A stretch of 64,000 nt of DNA from Chiloscyllium plagiosum (GCF_004010195.1 NC_057736.1:13388123-13452122), one strand, 5' to 3'. Counted from the stretch's first letter, positions 1-12,900 are shown. Translations and numbers: made by a program. Notes: a model not told the origin generated them from the sequence alone.

Positions 1-300
1 GCCTCCGGCCGGCCAGCCAGTCAGTTAAATCTCCTCTCACTTGTGGTCAGACTTTCGGGCAGCTGCCTCTGACTAGGCGGCAAATCCCTGCTCACGGATG
101 GTCAAGTCCCTCCGGCCCGTGCCTAATCAGTTTCTTTACTGGTCACGCTCAGCAGCGCGCGCGACCGCTCCTGCCGTGGCCGCTGCCCATTGGCTACTGC
201 TCCTTTGTGACTTCAGCTCGGCTTCTGCAGACTTGACCAATCAAGAATCGGACACGTGTCAGCAGCAGCGGCGCTCCTGGCAGAGTAGAGCAATGCAAGA
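1..300. promoter_or_regulatory. CpG-rich promoter-like region, probably of a neighbouring gene lying left of the window
   Basis: High CpG density versus background; ATTGG 189-193, CCAAT 237-241, palindrome GACACGTGTC (E-box) 251-260. Confidence 0.6.
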
Positions 301-319
301 GGTGGAAGGGGAATATTAG

Positions 320-550
320 GAGAGATGGAAATAGTTGGTCGTGAGATTGAGAGAAGGAGGTTGGAGAGAAATAGAGTAGGAGAGATAGAGTGGACAGCTC
401 GAGAGACAAAGCAGGATAAAGATAGAGAGAAATATACACAATTGGAGAATGGGAGAGATATAAACAGTAGAAGATAGAGAGATGGACAGCAAAAGTACTA
501 GGGAGAGAGAATAAGAGGAAGAGATAGAGAAAAACAGGGTGGGAGGGTAA
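320..550. repeat. GA-rich low-complexity tract
   Basis: Purine-rich gaga/gatag runs. Confidence 0.7.
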
Positions 551-554
551 GAAA

Positions 555-1500
555 AAGACCTGTTAGAATCTCTTATAAAAGATGTAATACCACAGCATTT
601 AGAAATACATAATATGATCATTATGCTGGACAAATGTATTAGAATTCTTTGAGGAAGTAACAAGCAGGATAGATGAAGGGAAAGCAGTGAATGTAATGGA
701 TTTTGATTTTCAGGTGCTTTTTAAGGTACCATATGTTGGCTTACTTAAGAAGAAACCATAGTTTGGAGGTAGTATAATAACATGAGCTCTAACATTTTCC
801 CGAAAAGAGATGTTAAGCTTAATGACCTTAAGTTATCTTATTTTGTCTCCTCCCCTTTAAAATAAAGATGTTACGTTGGCAGTATTATAATTCTCTGGCA
901 CCTTTCCAGAACTCCAGGATCCTTGGAAGATTGCAACCAGTACTTGCACTATGTTTGTAGCTACTTATTTTAATATCCTATGATGCAATCCATCAGATCC
1001 AGGGGACTTATTGGTTTTTAGCCCCATTACTTTCCCTAATCCTTTTTCTCAAATGATAGTTATAGTATTTATTTCCTCTCCTCCTTTTGCCCCTTATTTA
1101 GTATTTTGGAATAGTATTAGCATCTGTGCAGACTGATGCAATGTATTTATCACTCCTCTGCATTTCCATGGTTCCTTATTATTTGCTTAGCATCATTTTC
1201 AACAGCATTTATGTTCTCTTTGGCCTGTCTCTTCCTTTATATAGATTTAAAGTTTTTGCTGTTCTTTTTGATATTATGTGCAAGTTTACCTTCAAAGATT
1301 ATCTTCATTATTTTGTTCATTATCTTTTGTCAGTTTTAAAACTTACCCAATCCTCCGGCTTTCTACTAATCGTTACCACATCGTGTGTTGTTTCTTTCAA
1401 CTGGATGCTGATTAACCATGGTCAACTTATCCCTTCTTGAATTCTCCTTTCTCACTGAATATATTTTTCTTGTGAATAATAAACTATTTTCTTAAATGTA
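555..1500. mobile_element. Degenerate CR1 LINE fragments (+ strand about 555-790, - strand about 850-1500)
   Basis: Similarity to ORF2 segments of the CR1 copies at 8655-9419 and 53736-54626. Confidence 0.6.
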
Positions 1501-1559
1501 TGTCATTGTTCCTCATTCCTCTGACCTGCTTCTGCAGCCATAGTACTGAACTTACAATG

Positions 1560-2540
1560 ACCGGTACAGTTCAGTTTTTGGTCAATGGAACCCCCCAGGA
1601 GATTGATACTGGAGGATTCAATGATGGCCATACCATTGTATGCCAAAAGGATGATATTGAAGATGGTAATTGCCTGACACCTATGTGGCACAAATATTAT
1701 TTGCCAGGTGCCGGCCTAAGCCGACTTATTATCTGGATCTTGCTGCATTTGGCTGTATCAGTATCTGAGAAGTCATGAAAGGTGCTGAATATTTTGCAAC
1801 TGGTAGCGTGTACCTCCATTTATTACCTTAGGATGGAGGGCAAATCATTGAAGTAGTACAGATCATTGGGCCAAGGACATAACCCAAAGAAAATCCTGCA
1901 AAGATGTCCTGAAGCTGCGATGACTGATCTCCAACACCAAAATCATCTTCCTTTGTGCCAGGTATGACACTTAACTAATGGAGAGTTTTACCTCTGATTT
2001 CTATTTACTCCAATTTTGCTAGAACTCTTTGATGCTGGACTTGGTCAAATGTAGCTTTCATGTCACTCTCACCTCACCTCTGGAATTCAGCTCTTTTGAT
2101 CCATGTTTGAATGAAGGCTGTAATGACGTCAGGAGCTGAGTGGCTCTGACAGAACCCAGACTGAGCATCACTGAGTAAGTGTAGATCAAAATAGCCTATA
2201 TGGATGAACCTACCATCACTTTACTGATGATCGAGAGTGTACAATTGTGGTGGTATTTGGCCGGATCGAATTTCTCCTGCTTTTTATGTATAGGACATAT
2301 CTGAACAATTTTCCACATGGTCTGGTAGATTCAGTGCTGCAGCTTACTAGAACAGCTTGGCTAGTGACACAGCAAATTCTGGGGCATGAGTCTTTGGTAC
2401 CACTGGGATGTTGTCATAGGTGGATAGCTTTGTGGTACCCAGCACTTCCAACTGTTTCTTGACATCACTCGGATTGAATCAAATTAGCTGAAGTCTGGCA
2501 TCTGTAATGGTGGCGACATCACAGTTTTTCTAACCTGAAT
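1560..2540 (-). mobile_element. Old LINE (CR1/L2-group) RT fragment, same family as 57183-58565
   Basis: tcacctctggaattcagctcttttgatccatg is the reverse complement of the segment near 57918-57950. Confidence 0.6.
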
Positions 2541-2824
2541 TATCCCTCTCAAACTGAATGTGATGCTATGTACAATGTAAAACTGGAAGACAATGGTAGC
2601 ATCATTAGAGTCAGCATTGACTTATAACAGGAAATTGTCATGTTTGACAATTCTACTGAAATTCTTCCAGGACGTCACTAATAGAATTGAAGAGCTCTGC
2701 TACACCCTCCGTGCACCTCTTTTTCACCTCTCTTTCTCATTTTCCTCCTTTAAGATGCACCTTAAAATATTTTTGATCGTGCTTTTGATAATCAGACCTG
2801 ATATTTCCTAATGTGACTATTTCA

Positions 2825-2954
2825 AGCCTGAAGAAGGGCTTATGCCCGAAACGTCGATTCTCCTGTTCCCTGGATGCTGCCTGACCTGCTTGGCTTTTCC
2901 AGCAACACATTTCCAGCTCTGATCTCCAGCATCTGCAGACCTCACTTTCTCCTC
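2825..2954 (+). mobile_element. Penelope-like terminal-repeat (pLTR) fragment insertion
   Basis: Matches the PLE tail at 6957-7080; TSD actatttca at 2816-2824 and 2955-2963. Confidence 0.85.
2828..2855 (+). ncRNA. Minimal hammerhead ribozyme motif (PLE-associated)
   Basis: CTGAAGA-A-GGGC(TTAT)GCCC-GAAA-CG-TC. Confidence 0.75.
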
Positions 2955-3109
2955 ACTATTTCATTTTACTGTTCCTGAACTGGGATGCTTTATTTTATTA
3001 AACTTGCTATTTAAATGTAAGTTTCATTTATTCCTTCTTAATTACTTTTTTTTAGTAGGAGGTTCCATGTTCTTTTCACACTTTTTGTTGATTAGCTTCT
3101 GACTATATT

Positions 3110-4205
3110 ATACTTGCGGCCTAATTAATCAGAAAATGTTGGAAATATTCCATGGATTAGCCAGGAGCGATGTGGGAGAAGCAGAGATTAGCTTTCAGGT
3201 CATAGCCTTTGTTCAGAATTGGAAAAAAATATTTGCATACTTATCAATTAGGCAAGAACAAAAAGATAGGGAAAGCGGTTAAGTGGGGAAGAAAGCACAA
3301 AAGCAGTGATGTTGCAGTGAGGTGAAAGAGAGGTGTGAGAGAGAGAGAGATTAAATGACAAAAGAAATGATGATACAATGAAAAATGAGGTGAAAATGAC
3401 AAGTAACGAAGTAAAATAATAGTATTTGATTTGTGTAGCACTTTTCACAGCAATCTTTCAAGCTTGTACTTCCAAATAAACATGTTGGACTATAACATGG
3501 CCTTTTGTCATTTTTAACTTCAAACAGAAATATGACCAGGTAATCTGTCTTGAATACTATAAGAGATCAGAACCTTAAAGTGTTTATAGACATTTTCACT
3601 TTTAATTCCAACTTTAAAAAAACAGTACGGCACTGCTAAAAGAAAATAAAACAAGCAGGAGGCTGGAAGAATTCAATGTTCAGTCCTTAGGGCTGTAGGC
3701 TGCACAGGCGGAAGATGAGGTGTTCTTTCTACAATTTGTGGTCTGATTCATTCTGGCAATGAATGAGGCCAAAGATGGTCAAGTTGGAGGGAGAATGGGG
3801 ATGAGAACTGAAATGGGTGGATAGGGTTAGGATTAGTCTTCTGCCTGGCAGCCTACAGCCCAGAAGACATTGGGTTCTCCAATTTCAAATAACCTTCCTT
3901 CCCATCCCCGGACTCCCTTTCCAGTGCCTCCTCCTCTCTTCCATTCTTCTGACCAGCCCTTCCTTCCAGCTACCAACCAGATTAATTCCTCCCATCGACC
4001 AACCAGGCCACACCCTCTACCTGTGTTCAACCATCACCACCTTACCACTCCGCGCCGCTCCCTATCCAAACCCACTCCCCCTTTATCTGCAGCTCCCCTT
4101 ATGCCTACTCCCAGTTCTGAAAAAGGGTTACACCCAAAACATTGGCTTCTTCAACTTCTGATGCTGCCTGCCTTGCAGTGTTCTCCCAGCCTCCTGCTTG
4201 TCTGC
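3110..4205. mobile_element. Old Penelope-like fragments (minus tail about 3110-3230; inverted pair 3660-3830 minus and 3830-4205 plus)
   Basis: gcggaagatgagg (LIFRL C-terminal motif, reverse strand); degenerate hammerhead motifs at 3189-3216 (-) and 4117-4143 (+). Confidence 0.6.
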
Positions 4206-4603
4206 TGTGTTATACAGTCATCGAGTCATAGAAATGTACAGCACGGAAACAGACCCTTCGGTCCAACTCGTCCATGCTGACCAGATATCCCAATCCAATC
4301 TAGTTCCCACCTGCCAGCACCCGGCCCATATCCCTCCAAACCCTTCCTATTCATATACCCATCCAAATGCCTTTTAAATGTTGCAATTGTACCAGCCTCC
4401 ACCACTTCCTTTGGCAGCTCATTCCATACACGTACCAACCTCTGAGTGAAAAGGTTGCCTCTTAGGTCTCTTTTATATCTTTCCCCTCTCACCCTAAACC
4501 TATGCCCTCTAGTTCTGGACTCCCCGACCTCAGGGAAAAGACTGAAAAAAGTGCTGCTGGAAAAGTGCAGCAGGTCAGGCAACATCCAAGGAGCAGGAGA
4601 ATC

Positions 4604-4631
4604 GACGTTTCGGGCATAAGCCCTTCTTCAG
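4604..4631 (-). ncRNA. Minimal hammerhead ribozyme motif
   Basis: Reverse complement CTGAAGAAGGGCTTATGCCCGAAACGTC. Confidence 0.75.
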
Positions 4632-6956
4632 GAATGAGGAAGGTGTGCCAAGCAGGCTAAAATAAAAGGTAGGGAGGAGGGACTTGGGGGAGGGGTGTTG
4701 GGAATGCGATAGGTGGAAGGAGGTTAAGGTGAGGGTGATAGGCTGGAGAGGGGGTGGGGGCGGAGAGGTTGGGAAGAAGATTGCAGGTCAAGAAGGCGGT
4801 GCTGAGTCAGAGGGTTGGGATTGAGATAAGGTGGGGGGAGGGGAAATCTGCATTCATCCCTTGTGGTTGGAGGGTTCCTAGGCGGAAGATGAGGCGCTCT
4901 TCCTCCAAGCAATGTGTTGCCATGGTCTGGCGATGGAGGAAGCCAAGGACCTGCATGTCCTTGGCGGAGTGGGAGGGGGAGTTAAAGTGTTCAGCCACGG
5001 GGCGATTGGGTTGGTTGGTGCGGGTGTCCCAGAGGTGTTCTCTGAAACGTTCCGCAAGTAGGCGGCCTGTCTCCCCAATGTAGAGGAGGCCACATCGGGT
5101 GCAGCGGAGGTAGTAAATGATGTGTGTGGAGGTGCAGGTGAATTTGTGATGGATATGGAAGGATCCCTTGGGGCCTTGGAGGGAAGAGAGGAGGAAGGTG
5201 TGGGCGCAAGTTTTGCATTTCTTGCGGTTGCAAGGGAAGGTGCCGGGAGTGGAGGTTGGGTTGGTGGGGGGTGTGGACCTGACGAGGGAGTGGTCTTTCC
5301 AGACCGCTGATAGGGGAGGGGAGGGAAATATATCCTTGGTGGTGGAGTCTGTTTGGAGGTGGCGGGAAATGACGAAGGATGATACGATGTATCTGGAGGT
5401 TGTGGGGTGGTAGGTGAGGACCAGGGGGGTTCTGTCCTGCTGGCGATTGGAGGGGCAGGGTTCAAGGGCGGAGGAGCGGGAAGGGGAGGAGATGCGGTGG
5501 AAAGCATCATCAACCACGTCTGAGGGGAAATTGCAGTCTTTGAAGAAGGTGGCCATCTGGGTTGTTCAGTATTGGAATTGGTCCTCCTGGGAGCAGATGC
5601 AGTGGAGGCAAAGGAATTGGGAATAGGGATGGCGTTTTTACAGGGGGCAGGTTGGGAAGAGGTGTAATCTAGGTAGCTGTGGCAGTCGGTCGGTTTATAG
5701 TAAATGTCCGTGTTGAGTCGGTCGCCCGACATAGAAATGGAGAGGTCTAGGAAGGGGAGGGAGGAGTCTGAGACGGTCCAGGTAAATTTGAGGTCGGGGT
5801 GGAAGGTGTTAGTAAAGTGTGCCCATGGCTACTCCTTTGGTTTGGAGGAAGTGGGAGGATTGGAAAGAGAAGTTGTTCAGAGTGAGGACCAGTTCAGTCA
5901 GTCGAAGGAGGGTGTCAGTGGAAGGGTACTAGTTGGTTTGGCGGGAAAGGAAGAAGCGGAGGGCTTTGAGGCCTTTGTGATGGGGGATGGAGGTGTATAG
6001 GGACTGGATGTCCATGGTGAAGATAAGGCATTGGGGGCCGGGGAAGCGAAAATCATGGAGGAGGTGGAGGCCATGGGTGGTGTCCCGAACGTAGGTGGGG
6101 AGTTCTTGGACTAAGGGGGAAAGGACCGCGTTGAGGTACGCAGAGATGAGTTCGGTGGGGCAGGAGCAGATTGAGACAATGGATCAGCTGGGGCAGTTCA
6201 GGTTTGTGGATTTTGGGCAGGAGGTGGAAACGGGCGGTGCGGGATTGTGAGACTTTGAGATTGAAGGCGGTGGATGGGAGATCCCCTGAGGTGATGAGTT
6301 TATGGATGGTCTGGGAGATGATAGTTTGGTGGTGGGTGGTGGGGTGATGGTCAAGGGGGCAGTCAGAGGAGGTGTCCGCGAACTGGCATTTAGCCTCAGC
6401 AATGTAAAGATCAGTGTGCCAAACTATCACCGTGCCTCCCTTATCTGCCGGTTTCATAGTAAGGTTGGGGTTGGAGTGGAGGGAGTGAAGGGCTGAACTT
6501 TGGGAGGGTGAGAGGTTGGAGTGGGTAAGAGGGGTGGATAGGTTGAGGCAGTTAATGTCGCGGCGGCAGTTGCCTATGAAGAGATCGAGGGCAGGTAAGA
6601 GGCCAGCATGGGGTGTCCAGGTGGATGGGGTGTGTTGGAGGCGGGAGAAGGGGTCGTCAGGAGGGTGGGCGAGAATCCTGGTTGAAGAAGTAGGCGCGGA
6701 GGCGAAGGCAGCGGAAGAATTGTTCAATGTCTCGCCGCATGTTGAACTCGTTAATCCGGGAGCGTAGGGGGATGAAGGTTACTCAGCACTGCCTTCTTGA
6801 CCTGCAATTTTCTTCCCTACCTCTCCGCCCCCATCCCCTCTCCAGCCTATCACCCTCACCTTAACCTCCTTCCACCTATCGCATTCCCAACGCCCCTCCC
6901 CCAAGTCGTTCCTCCCTACCTTTTATCTTAGCCGGCTTGGCACACCTTCCTCATTC

Positions 6957-6984
6957 CTGAAGAAGGGCTTATGCCCAAAACGTC
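6957..6984 (+). ncRNA. Hammerhead motif with mutated G12
   Basis: CTGAAGAAGGGCTTATGCCC-AAAA-CGTC. Confidence 0.6.
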
Positions 6985-7145
6985 GATTCTCCTGCTCCTT
7001 GGATGCTGCCTGACCTGCTGCGCTTTTCCAGCAACACATTTTTCAGCTCTAATCTCCAGCATTTGCAGTCCTCACTTTCTCCTCAGGGAAAAGACTGCCT
7101 ATTTATCCTATTCATGTCCCTCATAATTTTGTAAACTTCTATAAG

Positions 7146-7584
7146 AGATGGAAATGTGTTGCTGGAAAAGCGCAGCAGGTCAGGCAGCATCTAGGGAACA
7201 GGAGAATCGACGTTTCGGGCATTAGCCCTTCTTCAGGAATGAGGAAAGTTGGTCCAGCAGGCTAAGATAAAAGATAGGGAGGAGGGACTTGGGGGAGGGG
7301 CGTCGGAAATGTGATAGGTGGAAAGAGGTCAAGGTGAGGGTGATAGGTCAGACTGGGGTGGGGGCGGAGAGGTCGGGAAGAAGATTGCAGGTTAGGAAGG
7401 CGGTGCTGAATTTGATGGATTTGACTGAGACAGGCTGGGGGGAGGGGAAATGAGGAAACTGGTGAAAGGGCTAATGCCCGAAACGTCGATTCTCCTGTTC
7501 CCTAGATGCTGCCTGACCTGCTGCGCTTTTCCAGCAACACATTTCCATCTCTGATCTCCAGCATCTGCAGACCTCACTTTCTCC
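7146..7584. mobile_element. Palindromic mini Penelope-like insertion (two pLTR arms head-to-head)
   Basis: Minus arm 7146-7463, plus arm about 7466-7584; TSD taaacttctataag at 7132-7145 and 7585-7598. Confidence 0.9.
7209..7236 (-). ncRNA. Minimal hammerhead ribozyme motif
   Basis: Reverse complement CTGAAGAAGGGCTAATGCCCGAAACGTC. Confidence 0.75.
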
Positions 7585-8088
7585 TAAACTTCTATAAGGT
7601 CACCTCTCAGCCTCCGACGCTCTAGGGAAAACAGCCCCAGCCTCTTCAACCTCTCCCTACAGCTCAAATCCTCCAACCCTGGCAACATCCTTGTAAATCT
7701 TTTCCGAACCCTTTAAAGTTTCACATCTTTCCAACAGGAAGGAGACTAGAATTGCATGCAATATTCCAACAGTGACCTAACCAATGTCCTGTACAGCTGC
7801 AATATGACCTCCCAGTACTCAATACTCTGACCAATAAAAGAAAGCCTTCTTCACTATCCTATCTACCTGCAACTCCACTTTCAAGGAGCTATGAACCTGC
7901 ACTCCAAGGTCTCTTTGTTCAGCAACAGTCCCTAGAACCTTACCATTGAGTGTATAAGTCCTGCTAAGATTTGCTTTCCCAAAATGCAGCATCTCACATT
8001 TATCTAAGTTAAATTCCATCTGCCACTCCTCAGCCCATTGGCCCATCTGATCAAGATCCTGTTGTAATCTGAGGTAACCTTCTTCGCT

Positions 8089-8275
8089 AGGAAAAAGTGA
8101 GGACTGCAGATGCTGGAGATCAGAGCTGAAAAATGTGTTGCTGGAAAAGCGCAGCAGGTCAGGCAGTATCCAAGGAGCAGGAGAATCGACGTTTCGGGCA
8201 TAAGCCCTCTTTCAGGAGGCTTATGCCCGAAACGTCGATTCTCCTGCTCCTTGGATGCTGCCTGACCTGCTGCGC
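8089..8275. mobile_element. Palindromic mini Penelope-like insertion
   Basis: Arms joined at the hammerhead (8215/8218); TSD taaccttcttcgct at 8075-8088 and 8276-8289. Confidence 0.9.
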
Positions 8276-9757
8276 TAACCTTCTTCGCTGTCCACTACAC
8301 CTCCAATTTTGGTGTCAACAGCAAGCTTACTAACTATACTTCTTATGCTGACATTCAAATCATTTTTATAAATTATGAAAAGTAGTGGACCCGTCACCAA
8401 TTCTTGTGGCACTCCACTGGTCACAGGCCTCCAGTCTGAAAAACAACCCTTCACCACCACCCTCTGTCTTCTACTTTTGAGCCAGTTCTGTATCCAAATG
8501 GGTAGTTCTCCCTGTATTCCATGAGATCTAACCTTGCTAATCAGTCTCCCCCATGGGGAGCCTTGTCGAACTCCTTACTGAAGTCAATACATACAGATCA
8601 CATCTACTGCTCTGCCCTCATCAATCCTCTTTGTTACTTCTTCAAAAAACTCAATCAAGTTGTGAAACATGATTTCCCATGCACAAAGCTATGTTGACTA
8701 TCCCTAATCAGTCCTTGCTTTTCCAAATACTTGTACATCCTGTCCCTCGGGATTCCCTCCAACAACTTGCCCACCACCGAAATCAGTCTCACCGGTTTAT
8801 ATTTCCCTAGCTTGTTCTTACTACCTTTCTTAAACAGTTGCACCACGTTAGCCAACCTCCAGTCTTCCGGCACCTCACCTGTGACTATCGATGATACAAA
8901 TATCGGAGTAAGAGATCCAGCAATCACTTCCCCAGCTTCCCACAGAGTTCTAGGGTACACCTGATCAGCTCCTGGGGATTTATTCACTTTTATGTATTTC
9001 AAGACATCCAGCACTTCCTCCTCTGTAATATGGACATTTTTCAAGACGTCACCATCTATTTCCCTACATTCTATATCTTCCATGTCCTTTTCCACAGTAA
9101 ATACTGATGCAAAATACTCATTTAGTATCTGCCCCATCTTCTGCAGATCCTCACAAAGGCCACCTTGCTGATCTTTGAGAGGCCCTATTCTCTCCCTGGT
9201 TATCCTTTTGTCCTTAATGTATTTGTGAAAATCCTTTGGATTCTTCTTAACTCTTTTTGCCAAAGCTATCTTATGTCCCCTTTTTGTCCTCCTGATTTCT
9301 CTCTTAAGTATACTCCTACTGCTTTTATACACTTCTAAGGATTCATTTGATCTATCTTGTCTATACCTAACATATGTTTCCTTCTTTTTCTTAACCAGAC
9401 CCTCAATTTCTTTAGTCATTCAGCATTCCCTATACCTACCAGCCTTCCCTTTCACCCTAACAGGAATATACTTTCTCTGGATTCTTGTTATCTCATTTCT
9501 GAAGGCTTCCCATTTCCCAGCCGTCCCTTTATCTGTGAACATATGCGCCCAATCAGCTTTTGAAAGTTCTTGCCTAATGCTGTCAAAATTGGCCTTCCTG
9601 CAATTTAGAATTTCAACTTTTAGATACAGTCTATCCTTTTCCATCACTATTTTAAAACTAATTGAATTATGGTCACTGGCCCCAAAGTGCTCCCCCACTG
9701 ACACCTCAGTCACCTGCCCTGACATATTTCCTAAGAGTAGGTCGAGTTTTGCACCTT

Positions 9758-9942
9758 GGAGAAAGTGAGGACTGGAAATGCTGGGGACCAGAGTTGAAAA
9801 ATGTGGTGCTGGAAAAACACAGCAGGCCAGGCAGCATCCGAGGAGCAGGAGAATCGACATTTCGGGCATAAGCCCTTCTTCAAGCTCCTCAGATGCTGCC
9901 TGGCCTGCTGTGTTTTTCCAGTACCACATTTTTCAACTCAGA
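9758..9942. mobile_element. Palindromic mini Penelope-like insertion
   Basis: Inverted arms; TSD ttttgcacctt at 9747-9757 and 9943-9953. Confidence 0.9.
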
Positions 9943-12872
9943 TTTTGCACCTTCTCTAGTAGGTACATCCACATACTGAATCAGAACATTTTCTTGTCGA
10001 CACTTAACAAGTTCCTCTCCATTTGAACCCTTCACACTATGGCAGTCCCAGTCTATGTTTGGAAAGTTAAAATCCCTTACCATTACCACTCTATTATTCT
10101 TGCAGATAACTGAGATCTCCTTACAAGTTTGTTTCTCAATTTCCCTCTGACTGTTAGGGGGTTTATAATACAATCCCAATAAGGTGATCATCCCTTTCTT
10201 ATTTCTTAGTTCCAACCAAATAACTTCCCTCAATGTATTTATGGGAATATCCTCCCGAAGTACAGCTGTAATGCTATCCCTTATCAAAATGCCACTCCCC
10301 CTCCTCTCTTGTCTCCCTTTCTGTCCTTCCTGTAGCATTAGTATCCTGGAACATGAAGCTGCCAGTCCTGCACATCCCTTAGCCATGTTTCTCTAATTGA
10401 TATGATATCCCAGTCCCATGTTGCTAACCATGCCCTGAGTTCATCTGCGTTCCCTGTTAGGCTTCTTGCATTGAAATAAATGCAGTTTAATTTATCAGTC
10501 CTACCTTTTTTCTGCTTTGTCCCTGCCTGCCCTAACTGTTTGACTCGCCTTTGTTCTCAACTGTGCCCCCCCACCTGACTAGTTTAAATCCTCCCAAGCA
10601 GCTCTAGCAAATCTCCCTGCCAGTAGTTTAGTCCCCTTCCAATTTAGATGCAATCTGTCCTTTGTGAACAGGTCACTTCTACCCCAAAACAGCTTCCAAA
10701 GATCCAAAACTATCAATCCTTCTCCCGTACACTAGCTCCTCAGCAACTCATTCATCTGCTCTATCCTCCTATTCCTGCCTCAATAGCTCATAGCACTGGG
10801 AGTAATCCAGATATTACTACTTTCAAGGACCTCCTTTTTAAATTCCTGCCTAACTTTCTGTAATCTCCCTTCAGAATCTCAATCTTTTCCCTTTCAATGT
10901 CATTGGTTCCAATATGTACAATGACCTCATGCTTGTCCCTCTCCCCCTTGAGAACATTCTGCACCCTTTCTGGGACATCCTTGATCCTGGTACCAGGGAA
11001 GCAACACACCATTCTGATTTTTTGTTGCTGGCCACAGAAATGTCTATCTGTACTAGAGAGTCCCCCAACACAATCGATTGCTTGGAAACCGATGTACCTC
11101 TTGTTACATTAAAGCCAGTCCCAATACCAGAAACTTGGCTGTTTGTGCTACATACCCCTGAGTGTCCATCACCCCCTACATTTTCCAAAACAGCATACTT
11201 GTTTGAAATGTGGATAGCACAGAGAACTCCTGCACTATCTGCCTACCTCTTTTACCTTCCCTGGAATTAACCCATCTATGTGACTGTATCTGAGACTTTT
11301 CCCCCTTCTTATAACTGCTATCCATCACATTCCCTTGCTCTTGTGAATTCCTCATTGTCTCTAACTGCCTCTCCAACTAATCCATTCGACCTGATAGGAT
11401 TTGCAACTAACTGCATTTATTGCAGATATAATCCTCAGTAATACGTAAACTCTCCCTAAACTCCCACATCCAACAAGAAGAGCATATCACTCTACTAAGG
11501 GCCATTTTGCTTCTTTCAATCTACAGACCCAGGAAATACCAATGTCTTATTCCTCTACAAAACGCTGCTCCAGGTTAAATGAATACTTATGGCTTGTATT
11601 TTAAGTTTAATCAAGAGACATAGCTCAATAAACATATAATCAAGAAAGAACCCACCCTACTCACTACTGCAAACTTGTTTTAAGGCCGCACTTAAAATCC
11701 ACTTATTTGTTTCTGCGCTGTGACCTTTCCCAAACAGGTTCCTCCAAGATCAGTTGTGAATTTCACTGTTTTTTTAATTTTCCAAGATGCACTCCGATGT
11801 CCAGCGATACATGAATTCAACAACAAAGGCAGTAACTGCTAACGCTGTCAGTTAGCAATGTGAGTTTCTTTCTCTCTCCTGCACTGACCTCACCATGTGC
11901 TTCCTTTGTCTGTTCTTCTCCCTTTTAAAACTGCTGTTGGTTTGAGTTATTTTTTTCTCTGAACTTCAAAAACAATGCAATAGCATATAATATAGTAATT
12001 GCTGCTACTTGAATTCAAGGAAATCACTTCCAGTCTCCAGTTCGTCTACCTTGGATTCCAGTAGGTGCAGTTTTTTTTGTCTCTAAAGGAAAATAAAACT
12101 ACAGTTGTAAAATCTGGCAAATTCTTGTGTGAAGCTCATGGAATGTTGTACCAGTAAAGTATCAGTGAAACTCTAAATAGGAAGAAATTTGTTTTTTTTA
12201 ATATAAAACAAAGGGGTTACCTCTGACCCACCTCAGCAGAAAACTACCTCTTGCAGACTTGGGTCAGATTCAGATCAGAAAAAAGGAGGTAGAACATTAA
12301 TTAGTGATGTAGTCAATGATTGATAAAGACAATGGAATGAAGATTAAGAAACATCCAGCAAAGGAAATTGGTGTGTTTAAGCCGTTTATACTTCAATACA
12401 AAGAGTATTATAAAGAAAGCAGATAAACTAGTGGCACATATATACATGGCAGCACAGTGTTGTTGCTAAAACAGATAGCTGGCTAAAGGAGAGACAGAAT
12501 TGGCAATTTAATATAGACTTTTCAGAAAGGATAGAATGGGTGACAGAAAAGGAGTTATGGGTAGCAGTGTTAGTTAAAGAATCAATTACAGTTGTGAGAA
12601 TGGATGGCATACTAAATAGGCTTTATAGATTGGGTTTAGGAATCAAAACGGGGCAATCGTGCTACTAGGAGTCTCTCAACGATAGACTCTCAAACAGCGA
12701 GAGGGAGATAGAAGAAATATACGTAGACAAATTTCTGCCTGTAGGAATAAGAGGGCAATAATAGGATAAAAAGGGGTAAAAACAATGACTGCAGATGCTG
12801 GAAACCAGATTCTGGATCAGTGGTGCTGGAAGAGCACAGCAATTCAGGCAGCATCCGAGGACAGGCAAAATC

Positions 12873-12900
12873 GATGTTTCGGGCAAAAGCCCTTCATCAG
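12873..12900 (-). ncRNA. Minimal hammerhead ribozyme motif
   Basis: Reverse complement CTGATGAAGGGCTTTTGCCCGAAACATC. Confidence 0.7.

Larger units (their letters stand above)
4545..7080 (-). mobile_element. Penelope-like retroelement (Neptune-type), 5'-truncated with inverted pLTR
   Basis: GIY-YIG domain (IIYYLRC...YIGETGR), PCNRKKCKTC linker, RT pieces (KPADKGG, LLPKIHK, DIYYKPT); about 265-bp inverted repeat 4545-4807 vs 6781-7047; TSD cctcagggaaaagactg at 4528-4544 and 7081-7097; segment with the YIDD motif is deleted near 5820. Confidence 0.92.
4216..11950 (-). mobile_element. Near full-length, decayed CR1 (HER1-like) LINE interrupted by four Penelope-like insertions; 5' boundary approximate
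   Basis: ORF1 starts at 11505 with CxxC...CxxC and GDSL/SGNH esterase motifs (GDSLV, HIGTND); ORF2 endonuclease (DFNFPNIDW, LDLLL) and RT fragments (KSPGAD, SGVPQ, MEFNLDKC, FTQRLVRVWNELP); 3' GACTCTAT-type repeat at about 4216-4230. Confidence 0.9.

Noticed and set aside
98-319. 73-aa ORF in the CpG region
   Set aside because: No recognisable homology; expected by chance in GC-rich promoter DNA
4878-5732. 284-aa Pro-rich ORF as a host gene
   Set aside because: Frameshifted reading of the PLE ORF
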